Shown here piece by piece: positions 10,823 to 20,344 of a stretch of DNA of 64,000 bases. Source of the DNA: an uncultured Gemmatimonadales bacterium. Lineage in GTDB: Bacteria; Gemmatimonadota; Gemmatimonadetes; Gemmatimonadales; GWC2-71-9. Below the pieces are notes generated by a model, which was not told the origin of the DNA, did not search any database, and worked only from the letters and a program-made list of their open reading frames with translations. The first letter of the stretch is position 1; each line of letters begins with the position of its first letter. The stretch spans positions 82,200-146,199 of the forward strand of contig CAWJXX010000003.1 in the NCBI GenBank assembly GCA_963846945.1, in the 5' to 3' direction. A program made the position numbers and the translations under genes.

Positions 10823-12037
10823 CTAGGTGGACGGCAGGCTCCGCAGAAAATCGGCGAGCAGTGCGTTCACCTGCGCCGGCGCCTCGAGCGGCGGGAGGTG
10901 GCCGGCGCCGGGAATGATCTCCAGCCGCGCGCCGGGCAGCGCCGCGGCCATCGCGCGCGAGAAATCCACCGGCGACATCTGGTCCTCCTCACCCACCACG
11001 ATCAGGGTCGGCAACCCGTCGAGCATCGGCAGCAACGTCGTCGAGTCTGCCCGGTCGCGCATGGCGGAGAGAGCGCCGGCAATGCCGGCGACCGGCGCCG
11101 CGACCATCATGCTGCGCACGCGTTCCACCACATGCGGCATCGTCCTGGCCGCATCCGGTGCCAGGAGGCGGGGCAGCATCTGCTCGGCGATCGCGGCCGC
11201 GCCCTGCTCCCGCGCCAGCGACGCCTGCGTGTCGCGCGCGCGACGGGTCTCTGCACTGTCGGCCTCCGCCCGGGTGTCCATCAGGCAAAGCGCCCGCAGC
11301 CGCTCACGATGCCGCTTGAGGAACTCGAACGCGATGTACCCGCCCATCGAGAGTCCAACCAGCACCACGTCATCCAGCTGGAGCGCCTCGAGAAGGGCCG
11401 CGAGGTCATCGGCATAGGTGGGGATGCTGTATCCCAGGTCGGGCGCGTCCGACAGGCCCATGCCGCGCAGGTCTGGCGCGATCAGGGTGTAACCATCGAT
11501 GCCGGCGAGCTGCGGCGTCCAGAGCGTCCGGTCGAGGGGGAATCCATGGACGAAGAGCACCGCTGGACCGGTGCCCCGAACCTCCACGGCGAGGCTTACG
11601 CCATTCACCGTCAGCCGCCGGACGCCGGCAGGCTCGACCTGCCGGGTGGTGAGGTACCGACCCAGATCAGGCGGTACCGGCGTGGGCCGGCCAGCCCGAT
11701 CGATACACACGAACACGAATTCGGCCGTGGCGATCAACCGGTCATCCGTCAGCCGCCGGGCGGTCTGCCGCATCGTGAAGCTGGTCCGGCCGTGGTGGGT
11801 CAGCGTCTGGTGAAAGCGGAGCACGTCGCCGGGTAACGCGGGGGCGTGATAATCGATCGCGGTCTTTCGCACCGCGGGCCAGGCACCCTGGTTGGTGAAT
11901 ACGTCCATCCCGGGACCACGCGCCAGCATCTCCCAACGGGCACGCTCGAACAGGCTCAGGAAGGACGCCTGATTCAGGTGACCAAACGCGTCGCACTCGT
12001 CGGGGTAGACCGTGAGGTCGATTTCCGGAACAGTCAT
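10823..12037 (-). CDS. hotdog thioesterase (YbgC/4HBT) fused to an alpha/beta hydrolase
   Basis: N-term DECDAFGHLNQASFLSLFERAR; C-term HGFP, APDLRGMG, GLSMGG nucleophile, GEED, GHLP. Confidence 0.88.
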   Translation of the reverse strand: MTVPEIDLTVYPDECDAFGHLNQASFLSLFERARWEMLARGPGMDVFTNQGAWPAVRKTAIDYHAPALPGDVLRFHQTLTHHGRTSFTMRQTARRLTDDRLIATAEFVFVCIDRAGRPTPVPPDLGRYLTTRQVEPAGVRRLTVNGVSLAVEVRGTGPAVLFVHGFPLDRTLWTPQLAGIDGYTLIAPDLRGMGLSDAPDLGYSIPTYADDLAALLEALQLDDVVLVGLSMGGYIAFEFLKRHRERLRALCLMDTRAEADSAETRRARDTQASLAREQGAAAIAEQMLPRLLAPDAARTMPHVVERVRSMMVAAPVAGIAGALSAMRDRADSTTLLPMLDGLPTLIVVGEEDQMSPVDFSRAMAAALPGARLEIIPGAGHLPPLEAPAQVNALLADFLRSLPST

Positions 12038-12135
12038 GGACTGGAAAGTATGTCGAACGCGACATGTTAGCCTTCTGATGATCCCCGCGGGGAAACGACC
12101 TCCCGCCTCCCCGACCCTCTCGAGCTCACGAACCC

Positions 12136-12309
12136 ATGAAGCCACCAACCGACTACATCCGACATGCCGCCCGGCTCGCCCGGAAGATTCAGCTCGATGC
12201 TGCGATGGGTGGTACACCGCAGCCAGATGCCGAATTCTTCAAGACGCTCAGCAAGGCGATGGACGAGATCGCGACCGGCCTGGAACTCGTGTCGAAGCGG
12301 GAAACGTGA
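12136..12309 (+). CDS. 57-aa hypothetical protein missed by the ORF track
   Basis: Hand-translated MKPPTDYIRHAARLARKIQLDAAMGGTPQPDAEFFKTLSKAMDEIATGLELVSKRET; GC3-biased codons, helical pattern, fills an intergenic gap. Confidence 0.6.
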   Translation: MKPPTDYIRHAARLARKIQLDAAMGGTPQPDAEFFKTLSKAMDEIATGLELVSKRET

Positions 12310-12439
12310 AAGACATCGTCGCGGCAGTGCCGTGACAGTTTCACGACAGTGCTATATCCGACACAGGTTCATCTCGCTCGCCGTAACCTTTTGAATCATT
12401 GAGGGTTGTGGTGCGAGCGCGACTTGGACACCTTTGGGA

Positions 12440-13616
12440 GTGACGTTGCCCCTGACCAGCACTGATCCATCCCGCGAAGATGGCCTCCTGATCGCCGAGT
12501 CAGGAGGCATTCGAACGCCTCATCCCCCGCCTCACGGCCGGTGGGATCCTCGCTGTCGATACCGAGGCAGCCAGCTTCCACAAGTACGTCGATCGCGTCT
12601 ACCTGCTCCAGCTCTCGTCGCGCAGCGAGACGGTCGTGGTGGACCCGCTCGCGGTAAGCGATCTCTCCGCCCTGGGGCAGGCACTGGCCGATCCCAAGCT
12701 CGAGGTGGTATTCCACGACGCCGACTATGACCTTCGGCTGTTGCACCAGGAATTCGGCTTCGTGGCCACGCACCTCTTCGATACCCGCGTCGCGGCCCAG
12801 CTGCTGGACGAACCGGGCATCGGCCTCGCTGCCCTCCTCGAGAAGTACCTGGGGCTTCAGGTCGACAAGCGCTTCCAGCGCGCTGATTGGTCGATCCGGC
12901 CCCTTCCTGCCGACATGCTGGCCTACGCCGCGACCGATACCAGGCACCTCGCCGAGCTTCGGGACATCCTCCGCGCAAAGCTCGAGGCGCTGGGCCGCCT
13001 GTCATGGGCCGAAGAGGAGTTCGTGGTGATGGAAGGGTCACGCTGGGATGCCGACGAGGCCGAGCCGGGATGGCTCCGGATGAAGGGCGCCAAACTGCTC
13101 AAGCCACGGGAACTCGCGGTGCTCCGCTCCCTCTATCTATGGCGCGACGAGCAGGCGAGGCGCCTGGACCGGGCGGCGTTTCGGATCCTCAACAATGAGC
13201 CGATCATGGCCATGGCGAAGGCACCGCCGCGGGACATGGACGCACTCAAGCGGGTGGCCGGAATCAGTCCGGACCAGGCGGAGCGACGGGGGCGCCAGCT
13301 TCTTGCGGCGGTGGAGGAGGCACTGGGATTGCCCGAGGATCAGCTGCCACGGATCGAGCGGTCACCCCGGCGTGCGCCGGACCCGGCCTTCGATGCCCGC
13401 CTCGATCGCCTCAAGGTGGTGCGGAATCGGCTCGCGGCCGCATATCCGCTGCAGCCCGGCGTACTCTGTCCCAACGGCACCCTGGAGGCGATTGCGCGGG
13501 CCAACCCAGCGACCGTGGCTGACCTGGCAACGATCCCGCAGCTGCGCCGGTGGCAAATCGGCGAAATCGGGCCGCAACTGCTCTCCGCGCTGCCGGAGCC
13601 AGCGGCGCGGTCCTGA
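12440..13616 (+). CDS. rnd: ribonuclease D (DEDD exonuclease + HRDC); frameshift near 12500
   Basis: LAVDTEAASFHKY, HDADYD, FDTRVAA, DWSIRPL, YAATD motifs; C-terminal HRDC. Confidence 0.88.
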
Positions 13617-13618
13617 CC

Positions 13619-13918
13619 TCAGTAACCCAGGAATGCCTTGACCCGGGGATCCATTTTTTCCGGCGTCCAGAACGGCTCCCACACCAGCTCAACCTCCACG
13701 GCAGTGATGCCGTCCAGTTCGCTGACGACCCGGCGCGCCTCCTCCATGATCTCGGCGCCTGACGGGCATCCCGGGGATGTGAGGGTCATGTTGATGTGTG
13801 CCACACCCTCTTCACTCACGGTGACATCGTAGACCAGGCCAATGTCCATGATGTTGAGGTTCAGTTCGGGATCCTTCACGGCCCGAAGTGCCTTCCGGAC
13901 AGTCTCGGCGGTCTGCAT
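13619..13918 (-). CDS. sufT: DUF59 / SufT-family Fe-S maturation protein
   Basis: VKDPEL..NIMDIGLVY...MTLTSPGCP...WEPFWTP; SD GGAGGG. Confidence 0.88.
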   Translation of the reverse strand: MQTAETVRKALRAVKDPELNLNIMDIGLVYDVTVSEEGVAHINMTLTSPGCPSGAEIMEEARRVVSELDGITAVEVELVWEPFWTPEKMDPRVKAFLGY

Positions 13919-13948
13919 GACACCCTCCACTCTCGATGACGTTGCCAC

Positions 13949-15067
13949 TCAACAGCCCGTTCCCGCGGGACACGGCACCGATGCCATCACCGCATCGGCC
14001 ACCGCGGTTCGCACGCGGCGCATGGCCTTGAACGTGTCCTTCACCCGCGGCTGGTAGGCGCGGTTGGTCAGGAAGACCACATACACGTCGCGCACCGGAT
14101 CAATCAATATCGCGGTTCCGGTCCAGCCGGTATGCCCGTACGTGCCCGGATCCGGTTCCCTCCCGAACGCCGACGGCTCGGTGCCGGTCGTGTCTGGTGT
14201 ATCCCAACCGAGCATCCGGGTCCCGCTGCCGGCGGTGCGCTGCAGGAACCGCAGGATCGTGGAGCGCGATACCCACTGCACTCCATCGAGCATACCCTGC
14301 CCGAGCCACGCCCGCGCAACCCGGCCAACGTCGTGCGCGGTGGAGAACAATCCGGCATGGCCCGCCGTGCCGCCGAGAAAGGCTGCATTCTGGTCGTTCA
14401 CCACTCCCCGCACATCGCGACCATCGGTCGTGGTCGGCGCGGCGGCGGTGCGCTCACCCGCTGGTACCCCGAAGCTGGTGTGCCTCAGCCCGAGCGGCTC
14501 GATCACCTCGCGCACTACCAGCGTGCCGTACGCTGCGTTGCCCGCCTGCTCCAGCACCGCAGCCAGGAGGATCGCATTGAGGTCGCTGTACTCCGGGGTG
14601 CTGCCAGGGGCGTGACGGAGCGGTTCGGCACAGATTCGTGTCACGGCCTGGGCCGGGGAGGGGCTCTCCCGCCAGAGTGCGAGCCACGGCGGGAGGCCGC
14701 TGGTATGGTCGAGCAGCATGCCCACGGTCACCGCACCAGGCGGACCGGAGCATGACGGCAGGTATCTACTCACCGGCGCGTCGAGATCGAGAGCGCCTCG
14801 GTCCACCAGCCGCGCCGCCACGCCTGTCGTGGCAATCACCTTGGTCAGGCTCGCCAGGTCCCAGAGCGTCGAGTCCGGGCTGGGACGGGCGGAACGGCGG
14901 CTCCAGGTAAACCGGCCATAGCCCCGGCCAACGAGCACCGAGTCGCGGGTGCCGACCATCACGGCCGCACCGGGATACACCCTCTCCTTGAGTCCCTGCT
15001 CGACCGCGTGATCGACCGGCGACCGCGCCTGCGCCATGGACGGCGAGGTGCGCAGGATCGCAACCAC
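13949..15067 (-). CDS. serine hydrolase, beta-lactamase class C-like family (start uncertain)
   Basis: ASLTK (SxxK), LLDHTSGL, YSD, GHTGWTG. Confidence 0.88.
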   Translation of the reverse strand: MVAILRTSPSMAQARSPVDHAVEQGLKERVYPGAAVMVGTRDSVLVGRGYGRFTWSRRSARPSPDSTLWDLASLTKVIATTGVAARLVDRGALDLDAPVSRYLPSCSGPPGAVTVGMLLDHTSGLPPWLALWRESPSPAQAVTRICAEPLRHAPGSTPEYSDLNAILLAAVLEQAGNAAYGTLVVREVIEPLGLRHTSFGVPAGERTAAAPTTTDGRDVRGVVNDQNAAFLGGTAGHAGLFSTAHDVGRVARAWLGQGMLDGVQWVSRSTILRFLQRTAGSGTRMLGWDTPDTTGTEPSAFGREPDPGTYGHTGWTGTAILIDPVRDVYVVFLTNRAYQPRVKDTFKAMRRVRTAVADAVMASVPCPAGTGC

Positions 15068-15156
15068 CAGTGATGCCGACGCCAGGACGCACGGCCGCCA
15101 GCACGTCCGCCGAACCGCGGCGGCGGATGCCGGACTCGTCGTCGCGCGATGAGGGA

Positions 15157-15954
15157 TCAGTGCGGGACCGCGTCTTCGCGTACCGGCCCGGGCGGCAAGC
15201 GGTAGAGCAGCTGGAAGCTTCGCTGGTCTCGTGCCGAGGGTACATGCACGTGCGTCGAGGGATACATGACATCGGTGGAATCGGACGAATGGGGCAATCC
15301 CAGCGCATGTCCCACCTCATGCACCGCAACGCCGTTCAGGGCCGCGTCCGGCAGCAGCGTGCCACTGCCGGTGCGCACGGCGAGCGAGATGTAGGCCCGG
15401 CGCACCCGGCCATACTGGTCCCACGCGAGGTCGGTCTGGCCTACGCGATCATACTCGAAGCGATCGACCCACCGCACCATGATATCCGCTGACGCCGTGT
15501 CCCTCACCTCGACGAAGTTCACCCCTGCGCCAATTCCCTGCCACACCTGGAAGGCGTCACGCGCCGCGTCCGCCATCCGCGGCGCATAGTCCTGGGGACC
15601 ACCCTGCACGAGGATGAACCGCAACGGTCGACCGTTGCGATCCGGCCATCGGCGCACCACTGAATCACTGCTCAGCAGCATCGAATCGAGATACGTGCTC
15701 GCGCCCTCCTCGCTGAGCTGGCGTCGTACCGCAAGGCGGGCGAGGTGCTCGGTGGGAGACAACTCCGCGCGTGGCGGTGCCGAGGCCCGCGGCGTCGCCG
15801 AGGGGCGGACGGCCGGCACGCCGCTCGAGCTGTCGCTCGACGGGAGGGACGCACCGATCGGCGCTTCGGATGTCCAGCTGCTCGCCAGTCGATCCGCAAT
15901 CACGAGCAGGAGGAGCAGAAACGTGACCAGGGGAAGGACGACGCGCCGCATCAT
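15157..15954 (-). CDS. matrixin (M10) family zinc metalloprotease
   Basis: HEVGHALGLPHS plus Met-turn VMYP; N-terminal hydrophobic anchor. Confidence 0.9.
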   Translation of the reverse strand: MMRRVVLPLVTFLLLLLVIADRLASSWTSEAPIGASLPSSDSSSGVPAVRPSATPRASAPPRAELSPTEHLARLAVRRQLSEEGASTYLDSMLLSSDSVVRRWPDRNGRPLRFILVQGGPQDYAPRMADAARDAFQVWQGIGAGVNFVEVRDTASADIMVRWVDRFEYDRVGQTDLAWDQYGRVRRAYISLAVRTGSGTLLPDAALNGVAVHEVGHALGLPHSSDSTDVMYPSTHVHVPSARDQRSFQLLYRLPPGPVREDAVPH

Positions 15955-16039
15955 GGTGGCAGAATATGTCCAGAACTGGACGCGAGTGGCAGCGCCTGCG
16001 CTGGCGTCAAGGAATCAGCCCGTCTAGGATTGAGCCAGC

Positions 16040-18328
16040 ATGCTTTCCCTCGCGCGTGCGCTGGTTCGCCGGCGCTGGATCGTCATCGTCCTGTGGACGA
16101 TCCTCGGTGGGTACGGAGTGATGCAGGCGGGCGGCACGCCCAAGCTGCTGAACGCGCGAGGCGGCTCGTTCAAGGTCACCGAATCCGACGCCGCCAGCAC
16201 CCTCACCAAGACTCGATTCGCCGCGCCCCTCGGCGAAAGCTTCATCCTCACCTTCCGGTCGCCCACCCCTGTCGACTCCGGTCACGCGGCCGTGGTGCTC
16301 GATACCCTCGTCGCCTCGTTGCGGCGCACGCCGGGCATTCGCGAGGTGGTAAGCTGGAAGGACGCGCCCGACCGTCCATTCCTGAGTGCTGATCACCGCA
16401 CGACTGCGATGGTGATTGCGGTCCGCAGCATTGCCAACGACACCGCGGCGATGATGGTGCCGGTGATCCGTGATACGGTTGATCAGTCGCTGCGCACGTT
16501 CGTCGACCACGACCGGTACCATGCCCTCCTCACCGGCCGGTCCGCGCTCGACGTCGACATGCGCGACCTCAGCACGCGCGAGACCCACCACGGCGAGCTG
16601 CTTCTGTTGCCACTGACGATGGTGATCCTCGTGCTCGCCTTCGGGGCCCTGGTGAGCGCCGCCCTTCCCCTGATTGTCGGCTCCCTCACCATTTCACTCT
16701 CGCTGACCGCCATCGGGCTGCTGACCCGCATTACGCCGATGTCGATTTTCGTCCTGTCGCTCACCACCATGATCGGCCTGGGGGTCGGCATCGACTATTC
16801 GCTGCTGATCGTCACCCGGTTCCGCGAGGAGATGAGCCGCGGCTTCACGCGGCGCGACGCCGCGGTGAACACGATCCTGACGGCGGGTGGCGCCGTCATC
16901 ACCTCGGGACTCACCGTCGTGGTCGGGTTCGGCGCGCTCATCCTGACCCCGCTCGTGGAGACCCGGAGTGTAGGGCTCGGTGGCCTGATCGTGGTGGCCA
17001 CGGCAGTCCTTCTCTCGGTCACCCTGCTGCCGGCCGTCCTGGCCGTGCTTGGCCGCAACATCGACCGTCCGCGCTGGCTCGCGCGGAAGCTGGCGTGGTA
17101 CCACTCACCGCAGCTCTGGGAAAAATGGGCGCGCAGCCTGCACCGGCACCCATGGCGCGCCCTTACCGTCGGTGGCCTCGTCATCGGGATCCTGAGCCTG
17201 CCGCTCGTGGGGATCCGGCTGGGCATGCCAGCGAGACACTGGTGGCCGGCGCAGACCGAGTCGGGTGCCGGGGTCGAGGTGCTTCAGGACATCGGCGCGA
17301 TGGGATACGTGATTCCCGTGCGTATCACGGTGGAGGTTCCCAGGGGACATGCGGCCACTGAAGCCGGTTACCTGCGCGGGCTCAAGCATCTCTCTGATTC
17401 CATCCGCGCCGACCCTCGTGTCGGTGATGTACTCAGCATCGTCGATCTCACGAAGGGCAGCTCGATCCTCAAGTATTCCCTGCTCTACAGCAACCTCGAC
17501 TCGGCGCGGGCGCAGTACCGGGTACTCAATACCTATCTCAGCTCCGACACCCGCCTGGCGCTCCTCGACGTGTTCCCGGCGGACTCCACGTCGCTCACCG
17601 GCGGGATGGAGCTGGTGCGGCACGTGCGATACCTCACGCGACACCCCCCGGCCCAGCTGGCCGATGCGAAAATGCTCGTGGGCGGTTTCTCGGCGACCAA
17701 CGTCGACCTGCAGGAAGACCTGCTTGCGCGTTTTCCGCTGATTGCCGGCCTGATCTTCGGTGCCACGGCGATCATGCTCGCGATCGCATTCCGCTCGGTC
17801 CTGATTCCGATCAAGGCGATCATGCTGAACACCCTGTCGGTGACCGGCACATTCGGCCTGATCGTGCTCGTGTTCCAGAAGGGTTTCGGCATCAGCCTCT
17901 TCGGCCTCGAGGGGGGAACCGGCGCCATTTTCATCGTGGTGCCGATCCTGGTGTTTGCGACCGTCTTCGGCCTGAGCATGGACTACGAGGTCTTCCTGCT
18001 GAGCCGGATCAAGGAGGCGTTCGATCGCACTGGCCGCAATGATGACGCGACCATGGAAGGGGTGAGCGCGACGGCGTCCGTCATCACCTCGGCTGCCCTC
18101 ATCATGCTGCTCGTGTTCGGCGTATTCGCCTTCGCCAAGGTGCTGGCGATGCAGCTGCTTGGCTTCGGCATGGCAGTGGCCGTGCTGCTTGATGCGACCG
18201 TCATCCGCATGGTGCTCGTGCCGGCCGTGATGCAGCTGATGGGTCGATGGAACTGGTGGCCCGGCGTGGACCCGCGCGAACCCACCCGGCCCAGGCCGAT
18301 GCAATCGGGCGAACATCACATCCCGTAG
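16040..18328 (+). CDS. MMPL (RND superfamily) transporter
   Basis: GLGVGIDYSLLIVTRFREE and FGLSMDYEVFLLSRIKE repeats; LDATVIRMVLVPA. Confidence 0.93.
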   Translation: MLSLARALVRRRWIVIVLWTILGGYGVMQAGGTPKLLNARGGSFKVTESDAASTLTKTRFAAPLGESFILTFRSPTPVDSGHAAVVLDTLVASLRRTPGIREVVSWKDAPDRPFLSADHRTTAMVIAVRSIANDTAAMMVPVIRDTVDQSLRTFVDHDRYHALLTGRSALDVDMRDLSTRETHHGELLLLPLTMVILVLAFGALVSAALPLIVGSLTISLSLTAIGLLTRITPMSIFVLSLTTMIGLGVGIDYSLLIVTRFREEMSRGFTRRDAAVNTILTAGGAVITSGLTVVVGFGALILTPLVETRSVGLGGLIVVATAVLLSVTLLPAVLAVLGRNIDRPRWLARKLAWYHSPQLWEKWARSLHRHPWRALTVGGLVIGILSLPLVGIRLGMPARHWWPAQTESGAGVEVLQDIGAMGYVIPVRITVEVPRGHAATEAGYLRGLKHLSDSIRADPRVGDVLSIVDLTKGSSILKYSLLYSNLDSARAQYRVLNTYLSSDTRLALLDVFPADSTSLTGGMELVRHVRYLTRHPPAQLADAKMLVGGFSATNVDLQEDLLARFPLIAGLIFGATAIMLAIAFRSVLIPIKAIMLNTLSVTGTFGLIVLVFQKGFGISLFGLEGGTGAIFIVVPILVFATVFGLSMDYEVFLLSRIKEAFDRTGRNDDATMEGVSATASVITSAALIMLLVFGVFAFAKVLAMQLLGFGMAVAVLLDATVIRMVLVPAVMQLMGRWNWWPGVDPREPTRPRPMQSGEHHIP

Positions 18329-18337
18329 GGAGGCACG

Positions 18338-19774
18338 ATGACTGGAGCACCGCCAGCGCCCGCACTGCGCCGTGTCCTGCGCGTCCCCGACCTGGTCTTC
18401 TTCTACATCACGGCCGTCGTCGGGATGCGCTGGGTGGCTACCGCAGCGGCGGCTGGCCCAAGCGCGCTCGTCATCTGGGTACTCGCGGCCCTCTGCCTGT
18501 TCGTGCCGCTCTCCTTTACCACGATCGAGCTTTCGTCCCGCTATCCGGGTGAAGGCGGCATCTACGTATGGGTAAAGGAAGCGTTCGGCGAGTTCGCCGG
18601 CTTCCTGACCGGCTGGACCTACTGGGGAAGCAACCTGACCTACCTGCCCGGACTGCTCTATTTCGCGGCCAGCACCTTCCTCTACGTCTTCGGCAGCCGC
18701 TTCATGCACCTCCAGGGCAATCCCACCTATTTCATCACCGTCGCCGTCGGCGGCTTGCTCATCGCCACCGCGCTCAACGTGGTCGGCATGGAAGTGGGAA
18801 AGTGGTTCCCCCGCATGGGCGCGATCGCGACCTGGGTGCCCATGGCGCTGCTGATCGGCATGGGGCTGACGGCGTGGTACAGGTTCGGCGCCGCAACGCC
18901 GATCACGGCGGCCGCGCTCGTACCGACGGCAAGCGTGCGGGACATGGTGTTCTGGGCCACGATCGCCTTCGCCTTCGCCGGCCTCGAGGCCGGATCGTTC
19001 CTGGGTGATGAAATCGTCGATCCGCGACGCAGCATCACGCGCGCCATCGCCATCGCGGGTGTCATGATCGCGGCGATCTACATCCTGGGCACGTTGGCGG
19101 TGTTGCTCGCACTGCCGCAGGCGCAGATCACCGGGCTGGGTGGGTTCATGGACGCGATGGTCGCGGCCGGAACGCGCATCGGCGTCGGCGGGCTGGTCCC
19201 CTTCACCGCGTTGCTGGTGACGCTGGCCACTCTGGGAGGCGTCGGTGTCTGGCTCTCGGCGTGCGCGCGGCTCATCTTCGTGGCGGGCATCGACTCCTAC
19301 CTGCCGCGCTCCTTCGGCGCCGTGCACCCCCGGTTCCACTCACCCCACCGGGCGCTGATGCTGCAGGCTTTTGTCGCGATAGTCTGCGCCGTGCTCGGGC
19401 AGGCGGGGGAGACGCCGAAGCAGGCCTACGACATCCTGGTCAACCTTGGCGTCGTCGGAATATTCATTCCGTACGTTGCGATGTTCCTCGCGATGCTGGC
19501 CCTGCAGCGCCAGCCGGCGGGCCCCGAGGTGATCCGTCCCCCTGGCGGCAAGCCCGTGTCCATCGTGCTGGCACTGCTTGGCCTCGGGACGTCCATCGCC
19601 GCCATAGTGCTGGCCTGCGTGCCGCCCACCGGCGAAACGGAGCCCCGTCGCTACGTGATCAAGGTTGTGGGGTTGAGCCTGCTGCTGGTAGGTACCGGTG
19701 TCCTGGCCTACGTGGGTACCAGTGCGCGGCGACGCACCGAACTCAACGCGCTGTCAGCCGCGCGATCCCTGTAG
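18338..19774 (+). CDS. APC family amino acid permease
   Basis: About 12 TM helices; ELSSRYPGEGGIYVWV, FAFAGLE; SD GGAGG. Confidence 0.92.
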   Translation: MTGAPPAPALRRVLRVPDLVFFYITAVVGMRWVATAAAAGPSALVIWVLAALCLFVPLSFTTIELSSRYPGEGGIYVWVKEAFGEFAGFLTGWTYWGSNLTYLPGLLYFAASTFLYVFGSRFMHLQGNPTYFITVAVGGLLIATALNVVGMEVGKWFPRMGAIATWVPMALLIGMGLTAWYRFGAATPITAAALVPTASVRDMVFWATIAFAFAGLEAGSFLGDEIVDPRRSITRAIAIAGVMIAAIYILGTLAVLLALPQAQITGLGGFMDAMVAAGTRIGVGGLVPFTALLVTLATLGGVGVWLSACARLIFVAGIDSYLPRSFGAVHPRFHSPHRALMLQAFVAIVCAVLGQAGETPKQAYDILVNLGVVGIFIPYVAMFLAMLALQRQPAGPEVIRPPGGKPVSIVLALLGLGTSIAAIVLACVPPTGETEPRRYVIKVVGLSLLLVGTGVLAYVGTSARRRTELNALSAARSL

Positions 19775-20240
19775 CCACGAGCACCAGCGCCGCGCAGGTC
19801 AGTGCGACAAGTATGACCGCACCGAAGAATGCGCCACGCTTGAGCAGTGTCTCGCCGCTCTGATACACGTCCGCATGTTGACCCGCGGGCTCGCTGTCGC
19901 GGATCGCCCGCCAGGCCGCACGCCGTACCTCGAAGTCATTGCCCTGCGGAATTCCATGCTGCGGGGTGATGCCGTCCTCGCCCAGCCGCGGAAATGCCAG
20001 CGGGTCGGCCGCGATGCTGCTCAGCGGCCGTCGGTCATCCAGCGGCCGGTAGCACTGCCGCTCCTCCCATCCCGCCAGGACCTCGGGATGGTCCTTGATG
20101 CTGACCCACTCCTTCCGGCCCGCATCGAAGACGATGTCGTCCGCGCTCAGCAGGCCTGCCTCCAGCGAGTCGAGCAATGCCTCGACCCGGGGGAAAAGCC
20201 TGACCGCCCCGACTTTGTCGGTCACACTGAATTTCGACAT
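19743..20240 (-). CDS. hypothetical protein, GYF_2-like N-terminus, C-terminal TM helix
   Basis: LEAGLLSADDIVFDAGRKEWVSIKDHPEV resembles the GYF_2/DUF4339 pattern; hydrophobic C-terminus. Confidence 0.6.
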   Translation of the reverse strand: MSKFSVTDKVGAVRLFPRVEALLDSLEAGLLSADDIVFDAGRKEWVSIKDHPEVLAGWEERQCYRPLDDRRPLSSIAADPLAFPRLGEDGITPQHGIPQGNDFEVRRAAWRAIRDSEPAGQHADVYQSGETLLKRGAFFGAVILVALTCAALVLVATGIARLTAR

Positions 20241-20281
20241 GTGTCGCTCTGGAACGGGGAGGAGGGGATGCCTGCAACAAC

Positions 20282-20344
20282 AGTTGAGAGTTGAGAGTTG
20301 GGAGTCAAGAGTCTCTCAACTCCCAGCTCTCGACTCTTAACTCT
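20282..20344. repeat. heptamer tandem-repeat hairpin (AGTTGAG)n / (CTCAACT)n
   Basis: AGTTGAG AGTTGAG AGTTGGG AGTCAAG then CTCAACT CCCAGCT CTCGACT CTTAACT; contains the polA stop. Confidence 0.85.

Noticed and set aside
13949-15067. Bona fide beta-lactamase resistance gene
   Set aside because: The YSD and HTG variants fit the broad esterase/peptidase branch; beta-lactam hydrolysis cannot be inferred.
17105-19339. Long antisense ORFs (e.g. 17105-19339, 30432-32063, 47490-48929, 49316-50830)
   Set aside because: Shadow frames of well-supported genes in high-GC DNA, with no recognisable motifs.
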